Positions 58,229-61,080 of a stretch of DNA of 61,080 nt are shown here, one piece after another. The stretch's first letter is position 1, and each line of letters starts with the position of its first letter. The DNA is from an uncultured Bacilli bacterium. Its GTDB lineage: Bacteria; Bacillota_I; Bacilli_A; RF39; UBA660. A program made the translations under genes and the position numbers. The DNA is taken from NCBI GenBank assembly GCA_947623935.1, contig CANQIE010000003.1:1-61080 (forward strand). The letters run 5' to 3'. Under the pieces are notes generated by a model. The model searched no databases. It worked only from the letters and a program-made list of their open reading frames with translations, and had not been told where the DNA came from.

Positions 58229-59296
58229 ATGAGTAAAGGAAGAAGAAAGAAGAAAAATAATTTTTATACGGTTGTTCTTATTGTGGGTTTAGGACTTTTA
58301 CTGGGAATTTCATTATGGCTATGGAAGGGAGAATCTAAACAAGAACTAGCTTCTAGTGAAGAAGCATCACAAGAAGAGGTAGAGCCTACACCTAGTCCTA
58401 GTCCTACACCTAAATTAAAAATAGTAGATCCCGATAGTAAAAGTCGTCCTATTGCGGTAATGATCGATACTAATGTAGGAAACAATAACCATGTGGGATT
58501 ACTTGATGCTTATCTTCAATACGAGGCTGTGGTAGAAGGTGGATTAACTCGTATTATGGCTATTTTTAAAGATCAAGATACGTCTTTAATTGGACCCATT
58601 CGAAGTTCTAGACATTACTTTCTAGATTATGCTTTGGAAAATGATGCCATCTATGCCCATTACGGATGGAGTCCTTATGCCAAGACCGATATTGCGGCGC
58701 TTAAAGTAAATAATATTAATGGCATGACGAATGGGGGAAGTGCTTATTGGCGAGATAAGACGATAGCATCTCCGCACAATGTTTTTACTTCGATTGAAAA
58801 ATTGACGACAAGAGCCAAAGAATTAAAATACGATCTTACAACGGATCAAGGTTTAGTCTTTGACTATAGTGTAGATGCGATTGATTTGGATACCATGGAG
58901 GATGCCGTGGAAGCGGATTCGGTACTCGTTCGTTATAGTCCTACTCAAACAAGAGGTTATACGTACGATAGTAAGAATCAAGTTTATTTAAGAGAAATGA
59001 ATGGCAGTGCTCATATCGATAAACAAAGTAAAAAACAATTAAGTTATAAGAACGTTATCATCATGCAAATCGAAAATATTACATTAGATACAAAAGAACA
59101 CCAAGACTTGAAAAACATCAAATCTGGAAATGGTTACTTCTTAACTAATGGCTATAGTGTACCTATCAAATGGAGTAAGAGTAGTCGTAGTAGTAAGACT
59201 AAATATACCTATCTCGATGGAAGTGAAATTGTTTTAAACGATGGAAGGACTTTTGTACAAATCGTTCCTACTACTTACAAAGTTTCTATTGAATAA
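58229..59296 (+). CDS. DUF3048 (YerB-like) membrane-anchored protein
   Basis: N-terminal TM, PTPSPSPTP linker, RPIAVMID, YEAVVEGGLTR, GPIRSSR, APHN-like SPHNVF. Confidence 0.85.
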   Translation: MSKGRRKKKNNFYTVVLIVGLGLLLGISLWLWKGESKQELASSEEASQEEVEPTPSPSPTPKLKIVDPDSKSRPIAVMIDTNVGNNNHVGLLDAYLQYEAVVEGGLTRIMAIFKDQDTSLIGPIRSSRHYFLDYALENDAIYAHYGWSPYAKTDIAALKVNNINGMTNGGSAYWRDKTIASPHNVFTSIEKLTTRAKELKYDLTTDQGLVFDYSVDAIDLDTMEDAVEADSVLVRYSPTQTRGYTYDSKNQVYLREMNGSAHIDKQSKKQLSYKNVIIMQIENITLDTKEHQDLKNIKSGNGYFLTNGYSVPIKWSKSSRSSKTKYTYLDGSEIVLNDGRTFVQIVPTTYKVSIE

Positions 59297-59366
59297 AGAA
59301 AATCCGTAAAATAAAGGCTAGAAATAGTCTTTTACTTTTGCTATACTAGTAGTAGAGGTGGGTAGT

Positions 59367-60122
59367 ATGAAGGTCTTAATTACAGGAGCCTCTTCTGGAA
59401 TTGGAAGAGACATGGCTAAGTATTTAAGTAGCCAAGGACACGAACTTATTTTAGTGGCTCGTGATAAAGCCAAGTTAGAAGAACTTCAACAGACACTTAA
59501 AACGAGAACTACCATCATAGTCATGGATTTAACGGTGATGAGCAATGTTAAATCACTTTATGTCGTATGTAAAAATGAAAATATTGATGTTTTGATTAAC
59601 AATGCCGGTTTTGGGTTATGGGGTAAATTTAGTGAAACCGATAACACCAAGGATCTTGAAATGATTGATTTAAATGTGAAAGCGCTTCACTTGCTCACCA
59701 AAATGTTTTTGAAAGATATGAAAAGGAGGAACCATGGTTATATTTTAAATGTGGCATCGATGGCTTCTTTCTATCCAGGACCTTTAATGGCCAATTACTA
59801 TGCAACGAAAGCATATGTGTTGCGCTTAACGGAAGCCATTGCCTACGAATTAAAGAAAGAAAAATCGAATGTGGTGATCTCCTGTCTTTGCCCAGGGCCG
59901 GTGGATACGAATTTTAGTGCTACGGCCGGTGTTCATTTTGCTGTAAAACCCTTAAAGAGTGAAAAAGTGGCAAGGTATGCGCTTGACCAACTTTTAAGAA
60001 AAAAGAAGCTTGTTATTATTCCAGGATTCAAGATGAAATGTGTTCATTTCTTTAGTCGTTTTTTAAGCGATAAAATGTTAATGCGTTTTTGTTATCGTAT
60101 TCAAAAAAAGAAAATGGAATAA
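59367..60122 (+). CDS. Short-chain dehydrogenase/reductase
   Basis: ITGASSGIG, NNAG, YYATK, LCPGPV. Confidence 0.93.
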   Translation: MKVLITGASSGIGRDMAKYLSSQGHELILVARDKAKLEELQQTLKTRTTIIVMDLTVMSNVKSLYVVCKNENIDVLINNAGFGLWGKFSETDNTKDLEMIDLNVKALHLLTKMFLKDMKRRNHGYILNVASMASFYPGPLMANYYATKAYVLRLTEAIAYELKKEKSNVVISCLCPGPVDTNFSATAGVHFAVKPLKSEKVARYALDQLLRKKKLVIIPGFKMKCVHFFSRFLSDKMLMRFCYRIQKKKME

Positions 60123-60142
60123 ATTATAAGTAGATAGGAAGG

Positions 60143-60592
60143 ATGATTCTAATGAGTGCTTATAAATATTTAATTATTCCGGTGGTAAGTGTTATCTTAG
60201 CACAAATTGTGAAGTTCATAATCGAGACCATTCGTACGCGTTCTTTTAACTGGCCACGTTTGTTTAATGGAAATGGAGGAATGCCTAGTTCGCATACGGC
60301 TTTCACCTTTTCACTTGCTTTTGCAATTGGCTTCACCGAAGGTTTTACGTCCTCTATTTTTGCGGTGTCTTTGATTCTTGCTTGTATTGTGGCCTATGAT
60401 TCGATGGGACTTCGTATGGAAAGTGGAAAACAAGCGGTAGCAATTAACTTGTTGATGGAACGTACCTTTAAAGAAGATCCGCAAAAAGGATTTAAAAAGT
60501 TACAAGAAAAATTAGGACATAAACCTTTAGAAGTATTAATGGGTGCCATCTTTGGTTGCCTTGTAGCCTATGGAATGCTATTCATTCTTTAA
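60143..60592 (+). CDS. Divergent PAP2 family (DUF212/YuiD-like) protein
   Basis: GGMPSSH, YDSMGLR..GKQA, GHKPLEV. Confidence 0.9.
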   Translation: MILMSAYKYLIIPVVSVILAQIVKFIIETIRTRSFNWPRLFNGNGGMPSSHTAFTFSLAFAIGFTEGFTSSIFAVSLILACIVAYDSMGLRMESGKQAVAINLLMERTFKEDPQKGFKKLQEKLGHKPLEVLMGAIFGCLVAYGMLFIL

Positions 60593-60610
60593 TTTTGAGG
60601 GGGAGTAAAG

Positions 60611-60961
60611 ATGGAAAATTTAACGGAAAGTATTTTAGATGGGTTAGCAAAACTGATATTAAACGATAAGATTTCTTTAGATAGAGAGTTGTATCAATTA
60701 TTAGAAGAATATAACTATCAAAGATATAATGAGCAAATTCCTTCTTATGAAGTTTCTTCGATTGATACTATTCAGGATTTGGATAATCCCGTTGTAAATG
60801 GTTATTTTCAAGCGCACTTTTTTGATGATATACGTTTTAGTTGGATACCTCTTGATTATCTAAGTGAAAAAGATGCCCAAGCCGAAAAAGAAGGATTAAG
60901 AGAATACTTAAATAGTCAACCTAGTTTTTTAGATGATATAAAAGTAATGGTTAAAAAATAA
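60611..60961 (+). CDS. Hypothetical protein
   Basis: 116 aa with RBS and downstream AAGAGG/CCTCTT terminator. Confidence 0.7.
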   Translation: MENLTESILDGLAKLILNDKISLDRELYQLLEEYNYQRYNEQIPSYEVSSIDTIQDLDNPVVNGYFQAHFFDDIRFSWIPLDYLSEKDAQAEKEGLREYLNSQPSFLDDIKVMVKK

Positions 60962-61080
60962 GAGGATAACCTCTTTTTTATTTGAAAAATGTTAAAAAAA
61001 GCAATGTCAAATTTTTTTAAAAATGTCAGTAAATCATTTTGAGAAAATGTCAGATGAGTATTTAATAGATAACATCAAAA

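Noticed and set aside
1-61080. Complete DGR cassette (RT, Avd, template repeat) in this window
   Set aside because: No ORF has RT motifs (YxDD, QG), and no intergenic region resembles an adenine-rich copy of any variable tip; the 13.9-14.4 kb gap was checked and does not match.
1-61080. Mollicute genetic code 4 (TGA = Trp)
   Set aside because: Conserved genes are intact in code 11, Trp is encoded by TGG, and several genes (map, rplO, adk, tandem junctions) end properly at TGA or TAA.
1-61080. Prophage suggested by holin-like gene and MoxR AAA/vWA pair
   Set aside because: The holin-family gene is the chromosomal YvlD-type neighbour of uvrA; no integrase, terminase, capsid or tail genes are present.

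Overview
AT-rich chromosomal window from a genome-reduced, low-GC Bacillota (standard code 11: TGA is used as stop; gene content and synteny suggest an RF39-like Bacilli lineage, which is inference). Nearly all genes are on the + strand (only clpP is on -). Housekeeping content: uvrA-yvlD-lgt-trxB-like-whiA-clpP block, uridine kinase, scattered glycolysis genes (gap, pgk, tpiA, gpmA), glycolipid genes, spo0A, dinB, and the S10-spc-alpha ribosomal cluster (rpsJ to rplQ, with rpmJ missed by the ORF track, rpmD absent and an acidic tail on L3). The main accessory signal is a family of four dispersed, co-oriented surface-protein genes (247, 8185, 14442, 33766). Each sits behind the same sigmaA promoter with a G9 tract in the -35/-10 spacer. 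They are mosaics of one another and end in a DGR-target-like C-type-lectin/FGE domain whose last codons are hypervariable and, in two copies, strongly adenine-depleted. No reverse transcriptase or template repeat is visible in the window. Also present: an LRR-coiled-coil-MoxR AAA + vWA-like + two ankyrin-like gene operon, a tandem array of five DUF6273-like paralogs, tandem Spo0A boxes upstream of spo0A, and many orphan proteins ending in similar basic C-terminal tails. No rRNA, tRNA or CRISPR array was recognised.
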